From the NCBI GenBank assembly GCA_000830275.1, contig CP010424.1, positions 1,050,001 through 1,082,000 on the forward strand: a DNA stretch of 32,000 nt, read 5' to 3'. Below the pieces are notes generated by a model. It did no database searches and was not told where the DNA came from. It was given only the letters and a program-made list of their open reading frames with translations. Below are positions 7,393 to 15,284 of this stretch, in pieces. How positions within the stretch are numbered: position 1 is the first letter of the stretch; every line of letters begins with the position of its first letter. The position numbers and the translations under genes are program-made. This DNA comes from an archaeon GW2011_AR10. Lineage in GTDB: Archaea > Iainarchaeota > Iainarchaeia > Iainarchaeales > GW2011-AR10.

Positions 7393-8052
7393 TCAAATCA
7401 CTGTTGCAACAAACAGCATTGTAACAGCAATCATGGCCATTATTACCATTATAATAATTGAATCAATGCTTGTTGTGGCAGCGCCGAAGGTAGTGAATAG
7501 AAGGTATATGTCTCCAACAGCGAAAGCTATCCCTAGAACAATCAGCAGCAGGCTGATATAGCGGTTCCTGGAGCCAACGCCTTTCAGCTTCAGTTCGTCC
7601 ATGTCAAGCTGGACTGTTCTTACTGCTTCCCCAAGCTCGTTGAGTTTTACCCTGACGCGCTCGCTCAAGTCTGTAACCCTGTGAACTGTTTCGTTTATCT
7701 GCTCTTCAAATGTCTTGCTTTGCCCTGTAACGTCTTTCTCGTACTGCCTTAAGTCAGCAATAACTGCTTTTGTCAATCGCTCCCTGTTTTCATCCGCTGC
7801 TTTCTTTGCTTCTTCCCCAATTATTCTCTCTGTTTGCCCCCTCTGCTCTTCAATGCTCTGCTTCACTATTTTTGTTATTTCGCTTCGCAGCAAGGCAAAG
7901 GTGTCTGCCTGCCCTAAAAGCAGGAGCCTTTTTGCTTTATCAGGGGCAACCCCTAATGTTTTAAGGCTTTGGATTATTTTTTCCTCGCTTTCCCCGTCGC
8001 GCACCATTTTCTGAATTATTTCAATAATGCTTGCTTCGGATTTTTCTGCCAT
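7393..8052 (-). CDS. Tail-anchored coiled-coil membrane protein, unknown function
   Basis: It has a small N-terminal helical domain, about 100 aa of heptad-like charged sequence and two C-terminal TM helices (YISLLLIVLGIAFAVGDIYLLF, IIIMVIMAMIAVTMLFVATVI). Its stop abuts the next start at 7393/7392. Confidence 0.55.
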   Translation of the reverse strand: MAEKSEASIIEIIQKMVRDGESEEKIIQSLKTLGVAPDKAKRLLLLGQADTFALLRSEITKIVKQSIEEQRGQTERIIGEEAKKAADENRERLTKAVIADLRQYEKDVTGQSKTFEEQINETVHRVTDLSERVRVKLNELGEAVRTVQLDMDELKLKGVGSRNRYISLLLIVLGIAFAVGDIYLLFTTFGAATTSIDSIIIMVIMAMIAVTMLFVATVI

Positions 8053-8057
8053 TCAGG

Positions 8058-8753
8058 TCACTCTGTTATAACTACCCTTTTTTCAAGTTTTTCCGTATTA
8101 TTTGCTATCTTCACATTAAAAAAAATTGTGGTTTCCCCTGTTTGGGTCGGGGTTAAGAAGTATGTTACCTGTGTGCAGTCCATTGAGTCAATCTCAATCT
8201 CTTTTTCAGTGCCTCCCTCTGCGAAAAAGGTTTCATTGTGGACCTCTGCTATTAGCGCTGTTTTTTTTCCAGCCTGCTCATTGCAAAGCTCGAACTCGAA
8301 ATTGAATGTGGAGCCCTTGAATATTTTGCTTGGAAAGTTGAGGTTGTAAACAAGGCCTGTTTCGCCGGCCTTCAGCACAACAAGCTTTTCGACTGCTTGG
8401 TGGAATGGGGCCTCTGCAACAATAGTAATCTGCCCCAAATTTCTGATGGAATTCAAATCAAGTGGCACTTCCTGCTGCGGCTTAACAGCCGGAAAATCAT
8501 CCAATGCTTTTTTTCCTTCAACTGGGTGAATGTAGGAAATAACAACGTTGTTTATTATTCTTGAGCTGTTGTTCTTGAACAAAACAATTTTCTCTCCTGT
8601 TTCAGGGTTAAACCGTTCATCTATTTCAAGGCCAGTGTTGAAGAGCGTTAGGTATGCAAGCATTCCTCCAAAAACCACGAAAATGAACAGAAAAAACATC
8701 ACCACAAGGCGCCTTCTCCCCTCGTTCATGGAAACACGTCCAATGCTACTCAA
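8058..8753 (-). CDS. N-terminally anchored extracellular beta-rich protein, unknown function
   Basis: The TM segment is LVVMFFLFIFVVFGGMLAYLTLF. About 190 aa with alternating beta-strand-like patterns follow. The true start may be the internal MNEGRRR. Confidence 0.5.
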   Translation of the reverse strand: MSSIGRVSMNEGRRRLVVMFFLFIFVVFGGMLAYLTLFNTGLEIDERFNPETGEKIVLFKNNSSRIINNVVISYIHPVEGKKALDDFPAVKPQQEVPLDLNSIRNLGQITIVAEAPFHQAVEKLVVLKAGETGLVYNLNFPSKIFKGSTFNFEFELCNEQAGKKTALIAEVHNETFFAEGGTEKEIEIDSMDCTQVTYFLTPTQTGETTIFFNVKIANNTEKLEKRVVITE

Positions 8754-8771
8754 TTAGAGGCATCCAATTAT

Positions 8772-9614
8772 TTAAAGGTTCTTTTTGCCTTTCTGCCAGT
8801 CAAGCAGGAGCATTTTGGATGCTGCCTTCACATCCGGCAGGCCGCCTTTTTTCAGCTTTCCTTTCCTTAGTGCGATTTCTTCCATTGCCTTTTCAGTGTC
8901 AAGCCCCTTAATTTTGACCCCGCAAATTTCTTCTTTTCCTCTTCCCTGCAACAGTTTCACTAGCTTTTCCGCTGCAAGCTCCGGTTCCTGCAATTGTCCC
9001 GGGCTTCTGGCGCCGATTAGTGCAAGCGATGTTTCATCCATTTCAGTTAATGGAATCACTCCAGGAGTATCAATCAGCAGTATTTTTTCGCTTACTCTTG
9101 CATACTGTTCTCCTTTAGTGAATCCAGCAGTGCTCGAAGTGCGCATTGTTTTCCTTCCCTTCAAGAGGTTTATTACAGAGCTTTTCCCGGTGTTAGGGTA
9201 GCCTACAACGCTTACTTTAACGCTTTTTCCCCTGCTTGCTTCAAATATTGCCTTCCTTAGTTTTGCCGTGCCAGTTTTTTCTGTGCAGGAAACAAAAACG
9301 GTTTCCTTCTTCAGGTCCATTTCTTGCGCTGCTTTCCGCGCGTTTTCAGTGCCGATTAAGTCAACCTTGTTGAACACAACAATCACTTTCTTTTTGTTTC
9401 TTCTTGCAATGTTTTCAATGCGCTTGTTCCTTGTCTGCTCCGGGAACCTGGCATCAATTATCTCCAACACAACATTGCTTCCAGCAATAGTCCTGCGCAC
9501 CCTGCCCCAAAAGCCTTTTTTATCGAAACGGTTTTTGAAACCGGGCCTTCGGCTGAAATCTTTTCCCTCGGAAATGTTTTCGGAAAACTGTCCGTGACTA
9601 AAATTCTTTTTCAT
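8772..9614 (-). CDS. Circularly permuted GTPase of the YlqF/RbgA ribosome-biogenesis family
   Basis: G4 (FNKVDL) precedes G1 (GYPNTGKSSVIN) and G3 (DTPGV). The C-terminal RKGKLKKGGLPDVKAASKMLLLDWQKGK is typical of RbgA-like proteins. Confidence 0.85.
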   Translation of the reverse strand: MKKNFSHGQFSENISEGKDFSRRPGFKNRFDKKGFWGRVRRTIAGSNVVLEIIDARFPEQTRNKRIENIARRNKKKVIVVFNKVDLIGTENARKAAQEMDLKKETVFVSCTEKTGTAKLRKAIFEASRGKSVKVSVVGYPNTGKSSVINLLKGRKTMRTSSTAGFTKGEQYARVSEKILLIDTPGVIPLTEMDETSLALIGARSPGQLQEPELAAEKLVKLLQGRGKEEICGVKIKGLDTEKAMEEIALRKGKLKKGGLPDVKAASKMLLLDWQKGKKNL

Positions 9615-9623
9615 TCAATCATC

Positions 9624-9857
9624 TCAGAACCTGAATGTGTTTGTCATGATGAATGCTCCTATCTTGAAAAGGTAGAATGCTCCCGCAACCAGCACTGCAA
9701 CCGCTGCAACCAAGCCAAGCGGGTTTGCAAACGAGAAAACCCTGTCAACAAGGAAAACCGACTGCAACTGCACAAGCCATACAAGCAGCGTGAAGCTTGC
9801 TGCAATGACCATCATCGCAAACAGCAGCATTACGATGTTTTTCAATGACTTAATCAT
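9624..9857 (-). CDS. Small 2-TM membrane protein
   Basis: ORF track entry with two hydrophobic helices. It is the first gene of a tightly packed minus-strand run. Confidence 0.45.
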   Translation of the reverse strand: MIKSLKNIVMLLFAMMVIAASFTLLVWLVQLQSVFLVDRVFSFANPLGLVAAVAVLVAGAFYLFKIGAFIMTNTFRF

Positions 9858-9868
9858 TTTGCTTCAGC

Positions 9869-10225
9869 TCACAGGAGCTTTAGTTCCCTTGTGTAGTGGT
9901 CCAGCTCATTTGATGGTGCGGGCCCAATGCCAATGCAGGTTACCTCTCCTGACTGCACCTGCGTATGGCCTGCATCTTTTATTAGGGCAGCCGGAAACTT
10001 TTTCTTTAGCGTTTCAAACCATTCCACCAATTCTTTTTTGCTTGAAACCTTGAGCACTACTTTTTTCATTCCCTGCTCTTTCCACTCTTCAACCCAAGCA
10101 GAGTTCTGCCTTGCGGCTTTCTCCATTGCAGAAATTGATGCATGCGCACTCTGGCTTGCAATTTTTCCGCGCCCCATTCCCAAATCGGTTCTGCAGATAA
10201 TTAATTGCTTGAATTCCATAACCAT
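9869..10225 (-). CDS. pth2: Peptidyl-tRNA hydrolase, archaeal/eukaryotic Pth2 type
   Basis: KQLIICRTDLGMGRGKIASQSAHAS ... IKDAGHTQVQSGEVTCIGIGP matches Pth2. I trimmed the start to ATG 10225 because the track start at 10300 would overlap mscS. Confidence 0.9.
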   Translation of the reverse strand: MVMEFKQLIICRTDLGMGRGKIASQSAHASISAMEKAARQNSAWVEEWKEQGMKKVVLKVSSKKELVEWFETLKKKFPAALIKDAGHTQVQSGEVTCIGIGPAPSNELDHYTRELKLL

Positions 10226-10244
10226 AAATAGGTTTTTTAGGTAT

Positions 10245-11132
10245 TTATTTCTTGCCTGTCTGCTGCTCGAAGTTTTTCCCGGTTTTTCCGGTAAAAACAA
10301 CCTGTGTGTGAGGATACGCTATTTCCACGTCATCCGCTTTGCTTATTCGGTCAAATATTTCCTGCGTTATGTTGCTTGCGGTTTCAGCCAGCCTCTTTGC
10401 GTGGGTGAAGTATTGAACACTGATTTTGATTCCGCTGTCCAAGAACAGCACTCTTACCTCTGGCTCTTCATCAGTTTTTTCGGAATATTCTTTTGTGTGG
10501 ATTACAGCAGAAGTCAAAACAATCTTCATTGCTTTTTTGAGGTTGCTTTCATAGGTTACGTTTGTGTTAACTTCGCTTAAAACAAGTTCGTCCTTGAAAG
10601 TGTAGTTGATGATGTTTTGCTCAAACAGGACAGCGTTTGGCACCATAATTGTTCTTCCTGAAACCGTTTCAGTTCCGATTGTTCCGCCGATTTCATGAAT
10701 GTAAATGTGCGTAAGGGTAATGTCTGAGACATCCCCTTTAATGTTCCCAATTATGATTCTGTCCCCTATTTCAAACGGCCTTTTTGTAACCACCATCGCC
10801 CAAGCGGCAATTCCTGCTATCGGCTTCTGTAAAGCAAAGCCCAATGCAGCTGAGAACAGGCCGAATGTCAGCCCAATGCCTGTAATTGAGCCGGAGTAGT
10901 AGAAGATAACTGCGATTGCAAGCAAAAATAGCGCGGTATACCTAATCAGCTTTGAGAAAATTTCCACGTTTGAAACCTGCTTCTTGGTTTTTGCCTTCCC
11001 AATAAGTGTTTTTTTCATTTTGTTAAGGGCAAAAGTGAACACTAGGTAAATGACCAGCAGAATACCAATGCCTGCTGCAATGGAAAAAAAATCCGATTCC
11101 GCCAGCACAAGCAGTGAATCAAAAAAGGCCAT
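10245..11132 (-). CDS. mscS: Small-conductance mechanosensitive channel (MscS family)
   Basis: TM helices are followed by RPFEIGDRIIIGNIKGDVSDITLTHIYI...GRTIMVPNAVLFEQNIINYT. The ATG at 11132 is preferred over the TTG at 11138. The TATA-like GTATTTTAATC lies about 25 nt upstream. Confidence 0.85.
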   Translation of the reverse strand: MAFFDSLLVLAESDFFSIAAGIGILLVIYLVFTFALNKMKKTLIGKAKTKKQVSNVEIFSKLIRYTALFLLAIAVIFYYSGSITGIGLTFGLFSAALGFALQKPIAGIAAWAMVVTKRPFEIGDRIIIGNIKGDVSDITLTHIYIHEIGGTIGTETVSGRTIMVPNAVLFEQNIINYTFKDELVLSEVNTNVTYESNLKKAMKIVLTSAVIHTKEYSEKTDEEPEVRVLFLDSGIKISVQYFTHAKRLAETASNITQEIFDRISKADDVEIAYPHTQVVFTGKTGKNFEQQTGKK

Positions 11133-11236
11133 ACACAAAAATGGTGATATCCAGATTAAAATACTTTTCTAGTATTGTAAGCGAACTCCAGAAACACTTT
11201 TATTCTGCCAAAAAATAGTTTCCTTTGCAGTTGCCC

Positions 11237-12118
11237 TCACATGCGTTGAAGTCTTTTGATGCGATCAGCTATCGGTGGGTGCGTTGAAAACAAATTATCC
11301 AGAAAACCCTGCCTGTTTTTAAGCGGGTTGTCAATGTAGAGGTGTGCTGTCGCCTTGTTTGCTGCTTCAAGCACTTCTTTGTCTCCTGCAATTTTTGAGA
11401 GGGCACTTGCCAGCCCGTCAGGGTTTCTTGTAAGCATTGCCGAATCAGCGTCTGCAAGGTATTCTCTCTGCCTTGAAACTGCAAACCTGATTATTGCTGC
11501 AACAATTGGCGTCAGAATTGCCAGCACTACTCCAAGCACAAGCATTATTATTCCTGCCCTGCCTTCATTCCTGTTCTTCCCCCACAAAACACTTCTCAGC
11601 AGGATATCGCTTAGCAGTGCGGTCAAGCCAACAAGCACCACAATGAGTGTCATTAATCTAATGTCATAGTTTTTTATGTGGCTCATTTCATGCGCTATTA
11701 TTCCTTCAAGTTCCTGCCTGTTCATTTTCTCAAGAATGCCTGTTGTCACCACTATTACTCCGCGTTCTGGGTTCCTGCCTGTTGCAAAAGCATTGAGGGC
11801 AGTGTCATCAATCACGTACGCTTTTGGTTTTGGTATTCCTGCTGCAACTGCCAAACCATCAATGAGGCTGTAAAGGTAAGGGTGCTCTGCTTTCTTTGCT
11901 TCACGAGCCCCACTAATGGATAGCACTATTTTGTCTGCAAAAAAATAGTCCACTGCAAGGTATATGATTAGGAATATTGTTCCAACGATTATGCCGAGGA
12001 AACCGCCTCCAGAGAACCACATTTCTCCAAGAACCCATGCAAGTGCTATTATGAAAACCGAGAATGCGGTTACGAGCAGCAACGTGTTCCGGTTGTTCTC
12101 GGCAATCTGCTCGTACAT
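11237..12118 (-). CDS. htpX: HtpX-type M48 zinc metalloprotease
   Basis: The HEMSH zinc motif (IAHEMSHIKNYD) is present with 4 TM segments. The C-terminal STHPPIADRI is typical of HtpX. Confidence 0.9.
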   Translation of the reverse strand: MYEQIAENNRNTLLLVTAFSVFIIALAWVLGEMWFSGGGFLGIIVGTIFLIIYLAVDYFFADKIVLSISGAREAKKAEHPYLYSLIDGLAVAAGIPKPKAYVIDDTALNAFATGRNPERGVIVVTTGILEKMNRQELEGIIAHEMSHIKNYDIRLMTLIVVLVGLTALLSDILLRSVLWGKNRNEGRAGIIMLVLGVVLAILTPIVAAIIRFAVSRQREYLADADSAMLTRNPDGLASALSKIAGDKEVLEAANKATAHLYIDNPLKNRQGFLDNLFSTHPPIADRIKRLQRM

Positions 12119-12128
12119 GAGTTTCCAC

Positions 12129-12689
12129 TCAGAACTTTACTTTCACTTGCCCTTTTGCTGCTTCCTCTACCTCAAAGTAGTCTCTCTTTCCGAGACCCAG
12201 CAGTGAGGCAATAATGCTGTCAGGCAGTGTTTCCCTTTTCGTATTGTACTTTAGCACAGTATCATTGTAAAACTGCCTTGTGTAAGCGATTTTTGACTCG
12301 ATTGCGGAAAGCTCTTCCTGCAGCATGAGAAAGTTTTTGTTTGCTTTCAGGTCAGGGTATGCTTCAGAAACCGCGAACAAGCTCTTCAATGCTCCTGTGA
12401 GCATGTTCTCTGCTTCAGCCTTTTTTACAATGCCCTGCGCTTTCACTATTTGTGCCCTTGCTTCCGTAACCATTTTGAACGTTGTTTTCTCGTGCTTTGC
12501 GTAGCCCTTAACCGTTTCAACAAGGTTCGGAACAAGGTCGTGTCGTTTCTTGAGCTGGACATCAATCTGGCTCCAGGAGTTTTCAATCCTGTTTTTGAGC
12601 TGCACAAAGCCGTTGAACGAGAGCACGAACCAAAGCACCAAAACAACTGCAATTACAATTACTGCTCCTGCAATCAGCTCCAAAACCAT
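12129..12689 (-). CDS. lemA: LemA family membrane protein
   Basis: An N-terminal TM helix is followed by [28 protein letters not shown]-like sequence and [10 protein letters not shown], the LemA pattern. The SD GGGGGT lies 7 nt upstream. Confidence 0.85.
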   Translation of the reverse strand: [186 protein letters not shown]

Positions 12690-12817
12690 TTAATTACCCC
12701 CAAGTTTTATGCAATAATGTATGCTAAAACCTTATTTAAGCAGCACTCTTTCCATAGGTAAATCTCGCCTCTAGACTCTGAGTTGTGGGTGCAAATCCCG
12801 TCGGTTTTGAGCGCTTC

Positions 12818-13315
12818 TCACTTCACTAATTGCCTGTTGATTGCGTTGTTGAAAAGCAAAAACACTATTGCTATTGACAGCACAAAAGAGCTTATTGCAG
12901 TGGCTTTTTCATTTCCAGGGATTACGATGTTTAGCAGGCTGAATAGGACACTGAAAAAGTCAACTATTATTGAGAAGAACGCTGAAAGGAATAATGCGAG
13001 CAAACTTGTTCCCCAAATTATAAAAAGGCATTTTGGAATATCCAGCCCTTTCAGATAATTGTTGTCTTTGAACACTGATTTTTGTTTAATCCTTTCGACT
13101 TTTTTGTTTGCAAAATAAAAAACCGCTATTGACAGTATTGAAGCATAGCTGCCATACAGCAAAAGGGAATGCATGCTTTGGTTGATAAAGTATAGTTTCA
13201 GGACTGGAAGCGAATAAAAAATAAAAAAAAGCATTGAAATTATTGCCAGTATGGGGTTCTTCCTGAAAAGCTCCAATAATGCGCTTATTCTTGAATTAAA
13301 ATATTCTTTAATCAT
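12818..13315 (-). CDS. Hypothetical 4-TM membrane protein in an AT-rich cassette
   Basis: ORF track entry. It is strongly hydrophobic and I recognise no family. Local composition is visibly more AT-rich than the flanks. Confidence 0.45.
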   Translation of the reverse strand: MIKEYFNSRISALLELFRKNPILAIISMLFFIFYSLPVLKLYFINQSMHSLLLYGSYASILSIAVFYFANKKVERIKQKSVFKDNNYLKGLDIPKCLFIIWGTSLLALFLSAFFSIIVDFFSVLFSLLNIVIPGNEKATAISSFVLSIAIVFLLFNNAINRQLVK

Positions 13316-13357
13316 TTTTCACAGCGCCTTTTGCATTTTTAATACTGCTTGCTCTTC

Positions 13358-13486
13358 TCACAATTCTGCAAGCTCAGCATAGAATGCTTTGTGTTCTTTT
13401 AAGTGCCTTTTAACAATGTTTTTAACATCCTTCCATTCTGCCATTGTTATTGGCTCTCTTTTTCCTTTTATTTTCATTTCTTTCAT
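13358..13486 (-). CDS. Possible 42-aa protein immediately downstream of doc
   Basis: Hand translation gives MKEMKIKGKREPITMAEWKDVKNIVKRHLKEHKAFYAELAEL. Its ATG begins 1 nt after the doc TGA (GAT TGA A ATG). There is no family support. Confidence 0.3.
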   Translation of the reverse strand: MKEMKIKGKREPITMAEWKDVKNIVKRHLKEHKAFYAELAEL

Positions 13487-13487
13487 T

Positions 13488-13850
13488 TCAATCGCCTCTT
13501 GTGTGGTTTGCAATCCAGGTTACAATCTCTTCAATATCTGTTTTTGGTTTAACCGACCAAACAACAACGTTAAATCTTGAAGTTGAGCCAACTTCTAATT
13601 TCTTCCCGTTAAGTTCGAGAAAAGCCAACATTGATTCAAATGCCGTTCTCTTGTTTCCATCCACAAAAGGGTGCCTTCTTGCAATCTCTATTAAGATGGT
13701 CGCGGCCTTCCTGTCGATGCCTCTGATATCGGCCACCTTGAATACGATGTGGTCAATTTCACCTTCGCTTCTTATTGAACCATCCGTAAAATGCTTGTTG
13801 ATATTGATAATAACTTCCTTTGAAAGCGTTTTTGCAAAAATTCTCGCCAT
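13488..13850 (-). CDS. doc: Doc-type Fic-fold toxin (death-on-curing family)
   Basis: The motif HPFVDGNKRTAF is the Doc variant H.F.[DN][AG]NKR, with K rather than the G of AMPylating Fic proteins. I trimmed the start to ATG 13850 (MARIFAKT). A TTTAAA box lies 25 nt upstream, which suggests a leaderless transcript. Confidence 0.8.
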   Translation of the reverse strand: MARIFAKTLSKEVIININKHFTDGSIRSEGEIDHIVFKVADIRGIDRKAATILIEIARRHPFVDGNKRTAFESMLAFLELNGKKLEVGSTSRFNVVVWSVKPKTDIEEIVTWIANHTRGD

Positions 13851-13854
13851 GCAC

Positions 13855-13880
13855 AAATTCTGTAAACTACAGAATTTAAA
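13855..13880 (-). promoter_or_regulatory. Perfect 10-bp inverted repeat (AAATTCTGTA-N3-TACAGAATTT) overlapping the TTTAAA box of doc; putative operator
   Basis: Both arms were read directly, at 13855-13864 and 13868-13877. TTTAAA lies at 13875-13880. The element sits 5 nt upstream of the doc ATG. Confidence 0.5.
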
Positions 13881-14110
13881 CATATCATTCTGGCGCTGAA
13901 ATAATTAGTAATCCCGCCTCCCGGAGCTGCAATAGCTCTCTGAACCCCTGAAAATTGCGTTTGTCTGGGTTTTATAAGGCTTTGCATGCAGGGATTACTT
14001 ATAACAAACAAAGAAGGACAAAAAATAACCCTATTTTTTTCTTAAGTGAAAAATTATCTGTTAACGCAGGATAGCGTTATTTTCTCTTTCTTGTAATAGG
14101 AGTTGATGAA

Positions 14111-15214
14111 TTGGATTTTAGTGAAATGAACATAAAGGACAGCATAAAGAAGGCCCTGCAAAGAAAGGGGTTCTTTAAGGCTTCCGAAATACAGGAAAAA
14201 GTCATTCCAGCAGCACTGCTTGGAAAAGACGTTGTCGGGAAATCAAGGACTGGAACAGGGAAAACGGCTGCGTTTGCCATTCCGCTTGTCCAGAAAATAA
14301 TTCCCGGTCAAGGGTTTTCTGCAATAGTGATTGTTCCAACGAGAGAGCTTGCAAGCCAGGTTAAGGAAGAAATTGCTTCCATTGCAAGCGGAAGCCACGT
14401 GAAAACATTGGCTGTTTTCGGCGGACAGAACATCCGCAGGCAAATGGATTTTCTTGAAAGGGAGCCAGAAATAATTGTTGGCACTCCCGGAAGGCTGATT
14501 GACCTCCTTTCTAGGGGCGCGCTTTCCTTGAAACGGTCAAGGTTCCTTGTGCTGGATGAAGCCGACAAAATGTTTGACATGGGTTTCAGGGATGACGTGG
14601 AGAGAATAATCTCCGTGCTTCCAAGGGAAAGGCAGACAATGCTTTTTTCTGCAACCATGCCGAGAGAAATTCTTGGAATGATTGACAGGCACATGTCACG
14701 CAATAAGGAGATTTTTGATTTAAGCGAAGACGATGCCCCAGTCCAAGAAGTGCAGCAGTTTTATTTGATGGCTGACAGGCACCAGAAGATTGATTCGCTG
14801 CGCAAAGTCTTGGTTGCATACAAATCAAAAACCCTTGTTTTCTGCAGGACAAAAAGAACCGTTGACTGGCTTGAAAGGCAGCTTTCAAATAGAGGAATAA
14901 GGGCGCTTGCAATTCACGGCGACAAGCCGCAAAACGCAAGAAACAGAATAATTGACAGGTTCAAGAGTTCAAGCGGCGGAGTGCTTATTGCAACAGACAT
15001 TGTTGCAAGGGGCATTCACGTTGATGACATTGGGAACGTAATAAACTTTGATTTCCCCCAGGAAACGGAAGCATACATTCACAGGATTGGGAGAACTGCA
15101 AGGCAAGGCAAACAAGGAATGGCAGTGAGCCTTTGCTCTAACCTCATGGAACTTGAAACCCTTAAAAGGGTTGGCGCAAGAAACAATGCAGTAATCCAGC
15201 CCTTTCAAGGCTAA
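14111..15214 (+). CDS. DEAD-box ATP-dependent RNA helicase (core only, no C-terminal extension)
   Basis: The Q-motif region is ASEIQEKVIP. The core motifs are motif I SRTGTGKT, PTRELA, DEAD (VLDEADKM), SAT, ARGIHVD and HRIGRTAR. A GGAG lies 9 nt upstream of the TTG at 14111. An alternative ATG start is at 14126. Confidence 0.9.
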   Translation: MDFSEMNIKDSIKKALQRKGFFKASEIQEKVIPAALLGKDVVGKSRTGTGKTAAFAIPLVQKIIPGQGFSAIVIVPTRELASQVKEEIASIASGSHVKTLAVFGGQNIRRQMDFLEREPEIIVGTPGRLIDLLSRGALSLKRSRFLVLDEADKMFDMGFRDDVERIISVLPRERQTMLFSATMPREILGMIDRHMSRNKEIFDLSEDDAPVQEVQQFYLMADRHQKIDSLRKVLVAYKSKTLVFCRTKRTVDWLERQLSNRGIRALAIHGDKPQNARNRIIDRFKSSSGGVLIATDIVARGIHVDDIGNVINFDFPQETEAYIHRIGRTARQGKQGMAVSLCSNLMELETLKRVGARNNAVIQPFQG

Positions 15215-15284
15215 CCATTTTCGTCTTGCACCGGCAGCTTACCCTCAAAAGTTATTTATATAGTGTTTTTTCCAACAACATTAT

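Noticed and set aside
9927-10580. A 217-aa + strand ORF overlapping pth2 and mscS.
   Set aside because: It is antisense to two well-supported minus-strand genes and has no recognisable motifs.
12781-12812. tRNA-like 3' fragment (GTGGGTGCAAATCCCGTCGG) that could mark an integration site.
   Set aside because: The putative T-loop reads TGCAAAT, so it lacks the invariant T54-Psi55-C56 (TTC). No acceptor or anticodon arm can be built. Only the short AATCCCG repeat is retained, as a weak observation.
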